From Mobula hypostoma (Eukaryota), in contig NC_086097.1 in assembly GCF_963921235.1 (NCBI RefSeq), positions 52,392,001 to 52,456,000 of the forward strand: a DNA stretch of 64,000 bases, read 5' to 3'. The notes under the pieces are model-generated. The model worked only from the letters and a program-made list of their open reading frames with translations, was not told the DNA's origin and did no database searches. Position 1 is the first letter of the stretch; each line of letters starts with the position of its first letter. This document shows positions 53,109-64,000 of this stretch, in pieces. The position numbers and the translations under genes were made by a program.

Positions 53109-56100
53109 GACTATGAAGGTAGAAATAGGTCACTTACTGATACCATTGGCAGGATCTAACTGCTGATGTCTGCAACATTCTGATTTTGGGCCACAACTTA
53201 CCACTGTAATTTATTTGTGATGAGGACAATGCAATAGAAAAGCCCATATACATGTTTGCCCATAAGTGACAATCAGACAGCATTGTAAGCAATGCAGATT
53301 AAATCACAAATAGAACTGTCACCTCACAACTCTACAGAGCTAGGTTCAGTACAGATCTTTGTGTGGGATGTACATGTTCCACAGTTAACTGGGACCCCTG
53401 GTTCCTCCCCCATCCCAATGATGTGTTGGCTGGTAGATTATTTAACCACTGTGAAATGCCCTGCCCTAGTGTGTGTGATGGTGAGTGGTAGAAACTGCAG
53501 GAGATAATAGGAATGTGCAGAGGATAGGTTGCAAGGAAAATTAGTGGGGTCAAACAACTACTTGTTAAAATGACAGACTTGAAGGAAATGTAGAAAACTA
53601 CGTGAGAAATGAACTTCAACATAGCCAAACTTGAGGTCATTTGCCCGAGACCTGAAAAGACAGAAATATTTAATATTTAATCAGCAAGAGGAACTGATGC
53701 TAAGACTGGAGCTATTTCTACTGGTTTAGGAGGTCTACAACTAGGGGCATCATGTAAAACTTGAAACCAAACCATTCAGGAATAATGTTAAGAAAGAGGC
53801 AGATAACAGAAAAGGAATTATACCAAAGAAAGTTGATGCCAGTTCAGATATTTTTATATTTGAGCTTTAAAAATTACTGCTCATCAATGAAGAATAATAA
53901 CAATAACAACTTATAGAGCACTTTTAAGTATAAAGAACTTTCCATATGGATGATGCGGTTCAAAGAGCTTTACAGTGGGATAAAAGTACAAACATAAAAA
54001 TAAAATTAAAATAAAAAGAGAAAGAAACATGAAAATAAAAGACAAAAGATGTTGGTTAAAAGCAAGGTTAAATAAATGGGTTTTGAGCCAGAGTTAAAAG
54101 TGTCAACTGAGTCTTCATTCCTTATAGTTTTAGATATTGAATTCCAGGGTTTAGGAGCATGGTTCAAAAAGCTGATCTTTTGAGGAAGATTGTTTAAATT
54201 TAAAAGAGTGGCAGAGAAGACCTGGGAAATCGAGCAGGATTAGACAATGAAAACAATTCTGTGTACACTGGTCCTAGGCCATTAAGAGCTTTAAAAACAA
54301 TATCAATTCTCAAATAATTCTAAATGAAGAGCATGACAGGTTAGAATAAGGATCTGTCACAATCACATTAAATAGGAGAAGAGCCTCACAAGGATAGAGA
54401 ACCAAATCCTAGTCCTACAATTTCCTTCCATTTTAAATTTTGGTTTAAATTGAAATTTAATTTTAATTTAAATTGAAATTGAAATCAAGTGGAAATTGGA
54501 CAGTTTAAAACACAGGCATCAGGTTGTAGCCGGCTGAAAGGTTATATCCAGGTGATAACTGAGAATTATCTTGCCCCATCTAGCAATAGTTAGCGAGGAC
54601 TCAGAAACATATAGCAAAAGGGCATATATAATGGATTTGGGAAAGGAAAGACAAGTCCAATTAGAGTGGATAGTTTTAGTGAAAAATGATGGGCTGAATG
54701 GCCTTTTCTTCAGTTTCCATGGTTGAGGGTTTCTAGTTTAAGATGATGCTGGTGAAGTCCAGTGACTGCTTATTGGCGGCAAACAAAACAAACAATACAA
54801 TAAATACTTTGTTAATAACACTTTTTCTGTTATAATCTCTGGAAAATGATCACCACAAATAATGGAGAGGCAAGGCATAGTCTGAGGGTTGAAGGAGCGG
54901 ATGCGAGGCAGAGCCAGGGCAAGCAGAGGTGAGGCATAGTTGAGGCCCATCCACCAAAACCTGAAGTTTGATAGATCTAAGTGCCAGGCTATTTTGGAAA
55001 GTTCAGGTACGGGCTGAAATGTGGCGGCGCGGTCCGGGCCCAAGACATTTCGAAGCCACAGGGCCCATGTCCTGGAGTGAGGAACGACCTGATGTTCGAA
55101 CAAAGTAAATGGCTGGCCATATTGAAAAGGGAGGGTGTCGGTACCAGACGCAAGGGTTGGGCTGGTTCTGTTCACTGCTCGGGGACTTTATTCAGCTCTG
55201 TGCTGAACTAAGCTGTGGATCTCCTCCAGGCTTTGTGTCTGTGGACACACTTTTGTTCTGAATGCTTTTTGCTTACTTTTATTGTTTGCACAATTTGTTT
55301 CTTTTTCCCTCTCTGCACACTGGAGGCTTGGCTGTCTTTTTTTTAATGGGTTCCTTTGTTTTGTGGCTGTCTGTAAGGAGATGAATTCAAGGTTGTACAA
55401 GATAAACATACTTTGATAATAAATGTGCTTTGAACTTTTGAAGTTTGAATATCATACCCATAGGCATGAACTTGATTTTGGAGATTATTTCAAGAATAAC
55501 ATGCGCAAAAAATACTTTTCCAGCAATTTTATCTAAAGTAGCTACTTTCTAATTAATGATATAAAACATCTTCGTTTGTGACAAGGCATTGGCCAAGTAG
55601 CATGGACAAATATAGTGGCACCATTCTGGATCAACTAATTAATTCTTATAGTGTCCCCACTGCTAAATCATCATAAAGATTTAGTCTCCATTATCGTGCA
55701 TAAGAGAGGGAATGGAATGTTAATTGTTCATCATGACAAAGCATTTACTGAACTGCATTTTATTAAAATCACTTTATAATTGCTGGTCCAGAAACTGTGG
55801 TCTTTTTTTAAAACAATTATCCAACTAACTCTTTCTATCTCCATTATTCCATTTAGTATCCCATTGGCTTCCAGCTCTTCCCCCCCCCCACCCGCACTAC
55901 CACCTTCACCCACCCTAATATCTCCACACAAAGTAAAGAATTTGTTCAATCAATCATTAAAACGTAATGTATCCCTCTCACATTTTGACACTCAGTTATT
56001 CCCCTTCAACACACACTGAACATATTCTTGGGTTCAGAGTTAGCTGGCTCTCCCCTAAGCAGATTCTAATCTTTGAGTCTTTAAACCACCCTTACTGCCA

Positions 56101-58257
56101 TGGTCTAGCTGTACAACCACAGGATCTGGAAATTGTTACATTCACACACTTTGTACTGGATATTTATTTATTTATTTATTTATTGAGAGACAGCATGGAA
56201 CAGGCTCCTTCCAGCCCTTCGAGCTGTGCCACCCAGCAGCCTCTGATTCACGGGGAGAGTGTACAAACCGCTTACAGGCAGCAGCAGCAAATGAACCCAG
56301 GTTGCTGGTATCATCAAGCATTGTATTGACCTCTACGCTACTGTGCCAACCCAAACAGGCCCTTCTGGCCATGTGCCCGTGCCACCCAATTACACCCATA
56401 TGATCCATTAACCTATTATGAGGGGTGCTGGAGAGAATATTAAGCCACAGAAATTGTTTACAAGGTGCCTGATTAAACAAATCCTTTAAAGTTGTGCAGG
56501 GGGAGCTAGGGTGGAGGAAGCAAATGGAGTACTAAGTCCATTAAAACACAAATATTTAAGTAGTAAATATCTGGAAAGATAAGCCACTAGAAAACGTTTC
56601 CTTATGATTTAATAGGAAAACACTGCAGCTCATGAGTCAAAGGCAGCACACAAAGCAATCCCATTTCCCAGTAAATTTCTCTGTAACCTATTCTCCCCAT
56701 GACCTGATCAATTCCCAAATTCCAAATTTCACCTACACAATAGAGGCAATTATCAGAAGCAATTCAACCATAAAGCTGCAAGACTTTTGGGAAATGCACA
56801 TAAACTGCTAGAGGAACTCACCCGATCAGGCATCATCTACAGAGGGAAATAAACATTGTGGTTCAAACCAGAGGAAAGGTATCCTCAATAGTATGCAAGT
56901 GTGACTGGAGGAGCAGAACTGTTGCATATTCTTGACAGGCATAAAGTCTCACAACCAGCTATTGGAGTGGGGGTCATTCTTGAAGTAACACACCTCATTT
57001 CCTTGATGACCCAGCTCTCTTCACTGGTCAAACTCTGGGCTACATTATACTGAGAGTTGCAGATTCCTCTCACATGCTATTGTAAATTCTCCTGAGTGTA
57101 GGATTCGGCAGGAGAACTGAGTAGGCTGACAGCTTATTGGAATGCAAGAGGGAAGTTCAGCTGCATACGGGCGGCAGGACCCATTCCCGAGTTCTCTGAC
57201 CACCACATTTGAACCCAATTGCTCGTAGTTTGGACATTTGTCTGATTTAAAGACATTGGGCTACAAACATCTGTTTAACTAACAGATTCAACATTGCTTA
57301 GATGCATAGCTGCTCACCCAAGTGTACATTGCTACACTTTGCATTAGCGATACTACAACCTGAAACACAGACAACCTCAAACGTCCAGTTCTCTATATCA
57401 TTTAACTATGAATATTCAGCATCAGTTAATTAATGTAAGGTTTATAAAACAACATGTCTTTGAAAATGTGACAAATATGCATTTAAAGTACAGTTACTTT
57501 TAGGGACAACTTTATTCAGTCATATATAGTATCTATTGGTATTGTTGTGACAGTGACCTTTTAAACATCTCTAAGTTACCATCAGCACTCTGCGTAAATT
57601 CCTACAGATTGACTGGCAAGATGAATGATCAAATGTCAGCAGCTCTGACCATGTCACTAGCTCTGCTTCCCTTATAACAATGAATCACGTCTGAAGATCC
57701 AGTCACATAACTTGAGAGCTTGATATCAGGCTCCCAAAACTGATACACTGCTACGAGCCCCCTCAGGGCAAATGTCTGCCAGGTCACAGAGGAAAGGATT
57801 CAAGGATATTTTCAAGGTGACCATGACAAGAAGTGTAACATCCCCACTGTTTGGTCAAAACAGAAGATGAATGTTTAGCGTGGCACAGAGTACTTCAAGA
57901 CCATGTAGTGAAAGCACAAAGAAGCCCAGAGTAAACAACAGCAGCATCTGACTTCACCACCTACTGGCTGCTGTCCCCACCTACGTCAGACTCTGCAAGC
58001 CTCACGTCAGCTTCATCAGTCAGCTCAGAGTTTGGAGTGGAAGCATGTCATCCTCGAGAAAGGGGGTTATAGTACAAAGTCTGGATTTCAATAGCCTATT
58101 TTTGTTATTTACAGAATTTTAAATCACAAGTGGTTTGAAGATTACTATTGAACTTATTCTGATGCCAAATTTGATGGAGCAATGGAGTGAGAAACCAATT
58201 ATGTTTCCCAACAGAAATCATTACAACGCTCTCCAAAGTAAAATTGCGCCCACTCAC

Positions 58258-58503
58258 CTGGCTGCCCACATTGTGGATGAGCGCTTCCAGGAAGAGTCCG
58301 AGTCCCAGAAATTTCTCGCCCCAGTTCATCCACACACCAGCACTGCCCTGTGCTGCTGTGACATTGCAGAGGCTTGAAGTTGCCTTCGGCATCACACTGA
58401 GGGACGTACACACCGACAGCAGGTCGAGGTCTGCTCTGACTGAGCTCCGCCTGTACTTGATCCCGCAGCTCTACACAAGGTGGCTTTGAATTTTCCGTCA
58501 ATA
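58258..58503 (-). CDS. NID2: NID2 thyroglobulin type-1 repeat exon (intact)
   Basis: ctag|TA...G|gtgagt; 246 nt, phase 1-1; LTENSKPPCVELRDQVQAELSQSRPRPAVGVYVPQCDAEGNFKPLQCHSSTGQCWCVDELGREISGTRTLPGSAHPQCGQP; six Cys. Confidence 0.92.
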
Positions 58504-58859
58504 CTAGTTAATCGCAAAAAAAAAACACAACACAATTTCAAATCAGCAGAAATGAAATATATTAATTATGGTATTACAACATCTATAATAATGCATGATT
58601 GTTTTTCATTCTTGTAACTTCATCACAAAATTAAAAATGAATTTTTTCTCCTACAACTGGGTCCAATAACAAATGAGTTTCAACCGAGATCTTCAAATGC
58701 TTTCTCTTTTACTGCCTTGTGGTTTTCGTCTGATACTGTGGTTATTTACCACACATGAAAATACACATGGAAGCTAAAGAGTAGGCCACTCAGCACTTCA
58801 AGTCAGCTCCATCAATCAATATTCTTTCAATAAAGTTTATTTTTTAAATAAAAGTTTGC

Positions 58860-59530
58860 ATTGGTTTATTATTCTCACTTAACTGTTACATCTTTTCATA
58901 AGGTACAGTGAAAAGCTCATCTTGCATTCTGTTCATACAGATCAATTGATTACACAGTGCATTGACATAGAACCAGGTAAAATAATAATAGAATACAGAA
59001 TAAAGTGTAAAAGTTACAGAGAAATTGAAGTGCAGTGAACAATAAGAAGTGCAAGAGCATAACAAGATAGATAGTGAGATCAAGAGTCAATATAATTGTA
59101 CAACAAGCCCATTCAAGGGTCTGAGAACAAAGTGATGACTTGAGCCTGTTGGTATGGACTTTCAGGCTTCTGCCTGTTGGGAGAGGAGAGAAGGTCTGGG
59201 ATGGGTGGATCTTTGATTGTGCTGGCTGTTTTACTAAGGCAATAAAAAATATTGACAGGGTCCAGAGAGAGGAGGCTGGTCTCCATGATGAACTGAGCTG
59301 TGTCCGCACCTTTCTGCAGTTTCTTGTGGTCACGTGCAGAGCAGTTGCCATACTAAGCCATTATGCTTCCAGATTTAATACTTTCTATGGTGCGTCAACA
59401 AAAATTGGTAAGAGTTGATGGTGTCATGCCAAATTTCTTTAGACTCCTGAGGAAGTAGAGACATTAGTGAGTTTTTTGGCCATGACATCAATGTGGCTGG
59501 ACAGGAACAGGCTAGTGGTTATATTCAAAG
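58860..59530 (-). mobile_element. Rex1-type LINE 3' fragment
   Basis: tttattattctcact...acagtgaaaagctcatcttgcattc tail and agactcctgaggaagtagag core typical of the family seen elsewhere in the window. Confidence 0.6.
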
Positions 59531-60312
59531 TTCAAATAAATATATTATCAAATTATATACATGTTACTGTACCATATGAAACCCTGAAATTTGTTTTCTT
59601 ATGGGCGTACTCAATAAATCCAATAACCATAATAGAATGCACATATCATCCGGAAGAAGATGGTGCCAGCAAACAACGCTACCAGAGGCAACGTTCTCCA
59701 GATAGACTACAAAACTGTTTCTTTCACTTCTTCTGTGTCTTCTTTTTTGTTTAATATGGTTCTGGTCCTTTTGGAGCACATGGTCTATAATTTCATGGCA
59801 TGTTTTCAGGCAGATTGAACGATCTTGCTGGTCACAGGTCTCCAATCTGAAGAGTTTTCCACAATAATGACGGATGCCCAACTAAATTAGCTACACTGAC
59901 TTTTTTTTTCAACCACAGCACCACATTTTAATCAGCTGTAACTTCAATCTTACATTTGTGTCAGAAAGTTCAAGGTGACTAATACAGTACTAGGGGAGAG
60001 GTGTAGTGTCAGACGTCATGTTTCTCAGATTAGATATCAAACTAAAATCTCTTAGTATTGTGTAGATGAAGGATGGTCAAGGTGTTTGCCAAATGTTCTG
60101 AGCATGCCATTGCTTGGAAAAGAGATGACCTGGTTTGAAGAATTTTGTTTGTGCGCAGTGGCCGTATTCACTCCCATATTACAACAGCAACAGTACTATA
60201 AAGTATGCAAGTTTATTGTAAAAACACTTATTCCAAGATCAACTCGTGCTATATATGTTTCTACTTTTGATTATGACACTACATAAATGGCTTCATTCAA
60301 ATTCTGACTGGC

Positions 60313-60558
60313 CTGACTGCCCACAAAGTGGTTGACCAGTCCCAGGTCCTTTACGGATCCCAGGAAATTCCTGCCCATTTTCATCCACACACCAGCAATA
60401 ACCCATACCACTGTGGCACTGTATTGCCTTGTGGTTTTCTGCGTCATCACACTGGGGGACACAGACTCCAGTTGGATGATCAAGTCCATATTGGCTCAGT
60501 TCTGTTAGCACTCTCTCATGGTGCTATGCACAGGCACTCTTTGGATGTTCAATATATT
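60313..60558 (-). pseudogene. NID2: Degenerate thyroglobulin type-1 pseudo-exon within NID2
   Basis: YIEHPKSACA*HHERVLTELSQYGLDHPTGVCVPQCDDAENHKAIQCHSGMGYCWCVDENGQEFPGIRKGPGTGQPLCGQS; in-frame TAG at 60524-60526, no AG at the homologous acceptor, donor GCCAGT instead of GTCAGT. Confidence 0.85.
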
Positions 60559-61336
60559 TGAATAAGAAATTTAAAAAAACACACACACAGGCAGGAAACA
60601 TTTATGAAACAAATGCAAAAATAATTCAGACTGGGTCACTGCATGGTCATATCTATCCCAGAAAATCACAACGTATGACAAAGCTCACATCCACTACTCT
60701 AAATTTATTGTTAGTTACTTTTTCTGTATCCTGTACCTATCAGAACCCACACTTACAAGTCAGGTACAATTTGTTGCAGACAGAAACTTAGATTCCAGGC
60801 TCAGTTGTTTGCAAGTATACTTACACCAGAGTAGATTACAGTATGTGAAAGTTAAATGACAGCAATTACATAGAACAGTACTGCAGAGTACACATCCTTT
60901 GGCCAACAATGTTGTGCTGACCTTTTAACCTTCTCCAAGATCAATCTAACCCACCCTTTCACATAGCCCATTTTTTCATTTGTTCTGTTAATAAGAGGAT
61001 TATTCCTGCTGGAGTTTAACTGGGAGGATGTTTGTTTGGGTATGTAAGATTCATTTCTATGGAATTTACAAGGGATAAAATCCTTTGGAATATAACTAAT
61101 TGTAAAGAAACAAAATGAAATTAACAAACACACACAATGTTTGCAATGAGCAGAGTGGTTGAATTATCTTAACACAGTTTCTCAATTGCAATCTATTTTT
61201 TCATAAAGAACAACATTGTTCACATCAGCATTTCAGAGTAAAGACAAGCTGAATCAGAATCAGACTTATTATCACTGACCTATGTCGTGAAATATGCTAT
61301 TTTGGGGCAGCAGTAGAGTGCAGTACATAAACAAAG

Positions 61337-61723
61337 AACCTAGAACATAGAGGTCTACAGCACATTACAGGCCCTTTGGCCCACAATGTTATGCCGACCA
61401 TGTAACCTACTCTAGAAACTAGCTAGAATGTCCCTAGCACATCGCCCTCTATTCTTCTAAGCTCCATGTACCTATCTAAGAGGCTCTTAAAAGACCCTAT
61501 TGTATCCACTTCCACCACCGCTGCTGGCAGTGCATTCCACGCACCCACCACTCTCCGTGTGAAAAACGTACCCCTGACATCCCCTCGGTACCTATTTCCA
61601 AGCCCCTTAAAACTATGCCCCCTTGTGTTAGCCATTTCAGCCCTGGGAAAAAGCCTCTGGCTATCCACGTGATCAATGCCTCTCATCATCTTATACACCT
61701 TTATCAGGTCACCTCTCATACTT
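61337..61723 (-). mobile_element. CR1 3' fragment (same subfamily as 44205-45012)
   Basis: RGDLIKVYKMMRGIDHVDSQRLFPRAEMANTRGHSFK. Confidence 0.88.
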
Positions 61724-61753
61724 TGACCTGATAGAGGTGTCTAAGATGATGAG

Positions 61754-61871
61754 TCTTTTTCTGTTGATCAGTGTCAAAAAAGCCAAATTAAATCCACTGT
61801 GATTCAATGTTGTAAAAGAATAAAACATGAAAACTTCCTGGGAGTGGGGTGAATGCATTTTAGAGACACTG
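61754..61871 (+). mobile_element. Isolated right-TIR fragment of the Passport-like Tc1 family
   Basis: Closely matches 50510-50635 (ctttttctgttg...gccaaattaaat...catgaaaacttcc...cactg|TA). Confidence 0.8.
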
Positions 61872-62599
61872 TATCTATATACTGTCTATATGTATATTGT
61901 CATGTCCATTTATCACGCAAGGGGAAAAAAAATCACACATAAGCCCTCATGCATTATGATATACTTTGGGCGTGTTATTCTTGATAGATCTATTTAGTGT
62001 CAAAGATCACTTGTACTCAATGGCTTATCAATAAAAAATAAACTGGATTTAAAAACATTATAAAGATATGAAGATCTCTGGAATACCTGGTAAGCTAAAG
62101 AGAGAAATATTTTAATCAAAGGAAGTTAACTTGGTCATTTCTCATAATTGTTTCTCAGTTTCAATCCCTTTTCTCTTTAAGTCTATTTGCAAAGCTTAAT
62201 TGACAAAAAATTATCCAAAGCTGAAAACTTGAATTAATGTTTAATTAACTTAGAGAACAATGATGCCAAAGAAAATAAATGAATGGATGTAAGGGTTGGC
62301 GAGAGTGACTTATAAGAAAGATGAAGAGGATTAGATGGGTGACATAATCAAGAGAGAACCCAAAGATCACAACTGAAAATGAATGTAATTAATGCAGTTA
62401 TTTTAGATCAATAATAGTTCGTGTAGTGCCAACTGCACTTTGCAACTAGAAATGCTAAAATTAATTGTTTTCATTATGATCAGTTTGTATTATGTACTGG
62501 TGGTTCATCAAGTTTTTAAATCAGTCTCAACAAAAACAATTTGTTAAGCTTCTTTTTTTTTACACACAATTGGAAAGGTGTTTTAAAATGCTGACTGAC

Positions 62600-62839
62600 C
62601 CGGCTCCCCACAGCGTGGCTGACCAGTTCCAGGGGCTGTCCTCGTCCCGGGAACCTCCTGTCCATTCTCGTACACACACCAGCAGTATCCTGTGCTGCTG
62701 TGACACTGCATCAGCCTGAACTTTCCTTCTTCGTCACACTGAGGGATGTGGAGTCCAACGAGAGGCCCGCGCAGGCTCACCTCTGCTTGTGTCTGTTCTC
62801 GCTGCTGCTCACAAGCAGACTTTGAACGTTCATTGGCCA
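62600..62839 (-). CDS. NID2: NID2 thyroglobulin type-1 repeat exon (intact)
   Basis: ttattag|TG...G|gtcagt; 240 nt, phase 1-1; VANERSKSACEQQREQTQAEVSLRGPLVGLHIPQCDEEGKFRLMQCHSSTGYCWCVYENGQEVPGTRTAPGTGQPRCGEP. Confidence 0.92.
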
Positions 62840-64000
62840 CTAATAAAATAGAATGGTTTTGAAACAATTTCTAATAAAAGTTGCAATTCTCTCAAAGAGC
62901 CTCTGTTGACATCACTTCTATTAAACCTAGAGGGGGCCCTGTGGGCTAGAAATTTTGCAACCGCCAAGGTGCATTTAATAGACACAAGGTATATTGACAA
63001 GGCAACCTTGATATAGGAGTGCCTTGGGCAAGCATTTCTAAAATAACCAGTCCAAGCTCTCCCAATACTCTCAAGGGGAACTGCAAGAGGAATAACTCCA
63101 TTCAGTGTGCCCCAGTGGAGCAATCTCACTGGTGTATAAAAGCAACTCACACCAGGAAATGACCATTTAAGTGTTTGGAACATATATTATAGAACAGTAC
63201 AGCACAGGAACTGGACCTTCTGCCTAAATTGCCTGCACCGAACACAATTCCAAATTAAACTGCATCCCTTCTGTCTGCAAATGATCCACTTCTCTCCATT
63301 CCTTGCATAGTCAGATGTCTAGCTAAAAATCTCTTAAACACCACTACTCTATTGTACCTGCTTTCATTACCACAATGGAAGGAGACGAAGCTAAACAAAG
63401 TAGCCATTACCATCTTCTTTCTGGAAAAATCAATGGCTTTCTGTAACCTAATGTGGAAAAGCAGCTATATTAGGTAATTTCTCGGCAACTCAGTTTACAG
63501 GAGAGGAACCATCCTTGAGCTAATGATTTTTAGTTCCAATGCATCTCACATAATCCACCACCACAGTTCATCTGTATTTCATCACACCCAACGCAGTTTA
63601 TAATTTCATTACAGGCATAACTGTCAAAACTTTAATAGGGTTTCTCAGTACAGTATCGTTATTAAATATTTATTCTGAATAACTTATAGCAGGGGAATTT
63701 TGAAAAATCCTGAAGAAAACGGAACAGCAAGTCAGCTGTCGGAGGCTCTGTACTCGATGAATTGCGCTCTCCCTCTCTCGTTGGAGGGCGAAAGATTGTT
63801 GCCGATTCTGCGGGCGGAGAACTTGGGCGGAGTGGGGGAAGGTGGCGCGAGAGATTTTTAGCACTGTAAATCAGTGAGTTGTTTTGTTCTGTCTCCCCTC
63901 TCACTGTGAAAGGGGACACTTCCCTTTCCCTTTATTGGGGAGAGAGACAGCCTGTGGCATGTCGAATTGTTGGGTGAACGAACAATTTTGCTGTCCTTCA

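Noticed and set aside
57060..57250. ctctcacatgct match to the donor end of the TY exon at 39550, suggesting another TY copy
   Set aside because: Upstream minus-strand sequence has no QC or CWCV pattern; a 12-bp match is plausible by chance.
63680..64000. GC-richer segment at the window end as a promoter or exon
   Set aside because: It looks like the start of another interspersed repeat and is cut by the window edge; no TY or EGF coding pattern, and the family could not be assigned.

Overview
Eukaryotic, AT-rich vertebrate genomic DNA, most likely an elasmobranch (shark or ray), inferred from HE1-like V-SINEs and the CR1, Rex1 and Penelope repeat content. It holds the 3' parts of two convergent spliced genes. 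RTRAF (C14orf166/hCLE) lies on + with five coding exons at 9005-27759. NID2 (nidogen-2) lies on - with exons from 62839 down to the stop at 30090, encoding thyroglobulin type-1 (TY) repeats and the YWTD/LY beta-propeller G3 domain. Most intronic sequence is decayed, often nested transposons: a Gypsy LTR, CR1, Rex1/Babar, Hero, Penelope, Tc1, Tigger, Harbinger and SINEs. Main observations: (1) nid2 has at least four TY exon copies versus two in mammalian NID2, and one copy is a dead pseudo-exon (nonsense codon, no AG acceptor, GT>GC donor). (2) Opposing poly(A) signals of the two genes lie about 30 bp apart. (3) A Hero retroelement is flanked by an unusually long ~135-bp duplication. (4) Penelope-borne minimal hammerhead ribozyme motifs and several long hairpins are present. 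Most ORFs in the supplied track are spurious or transposon remnants.
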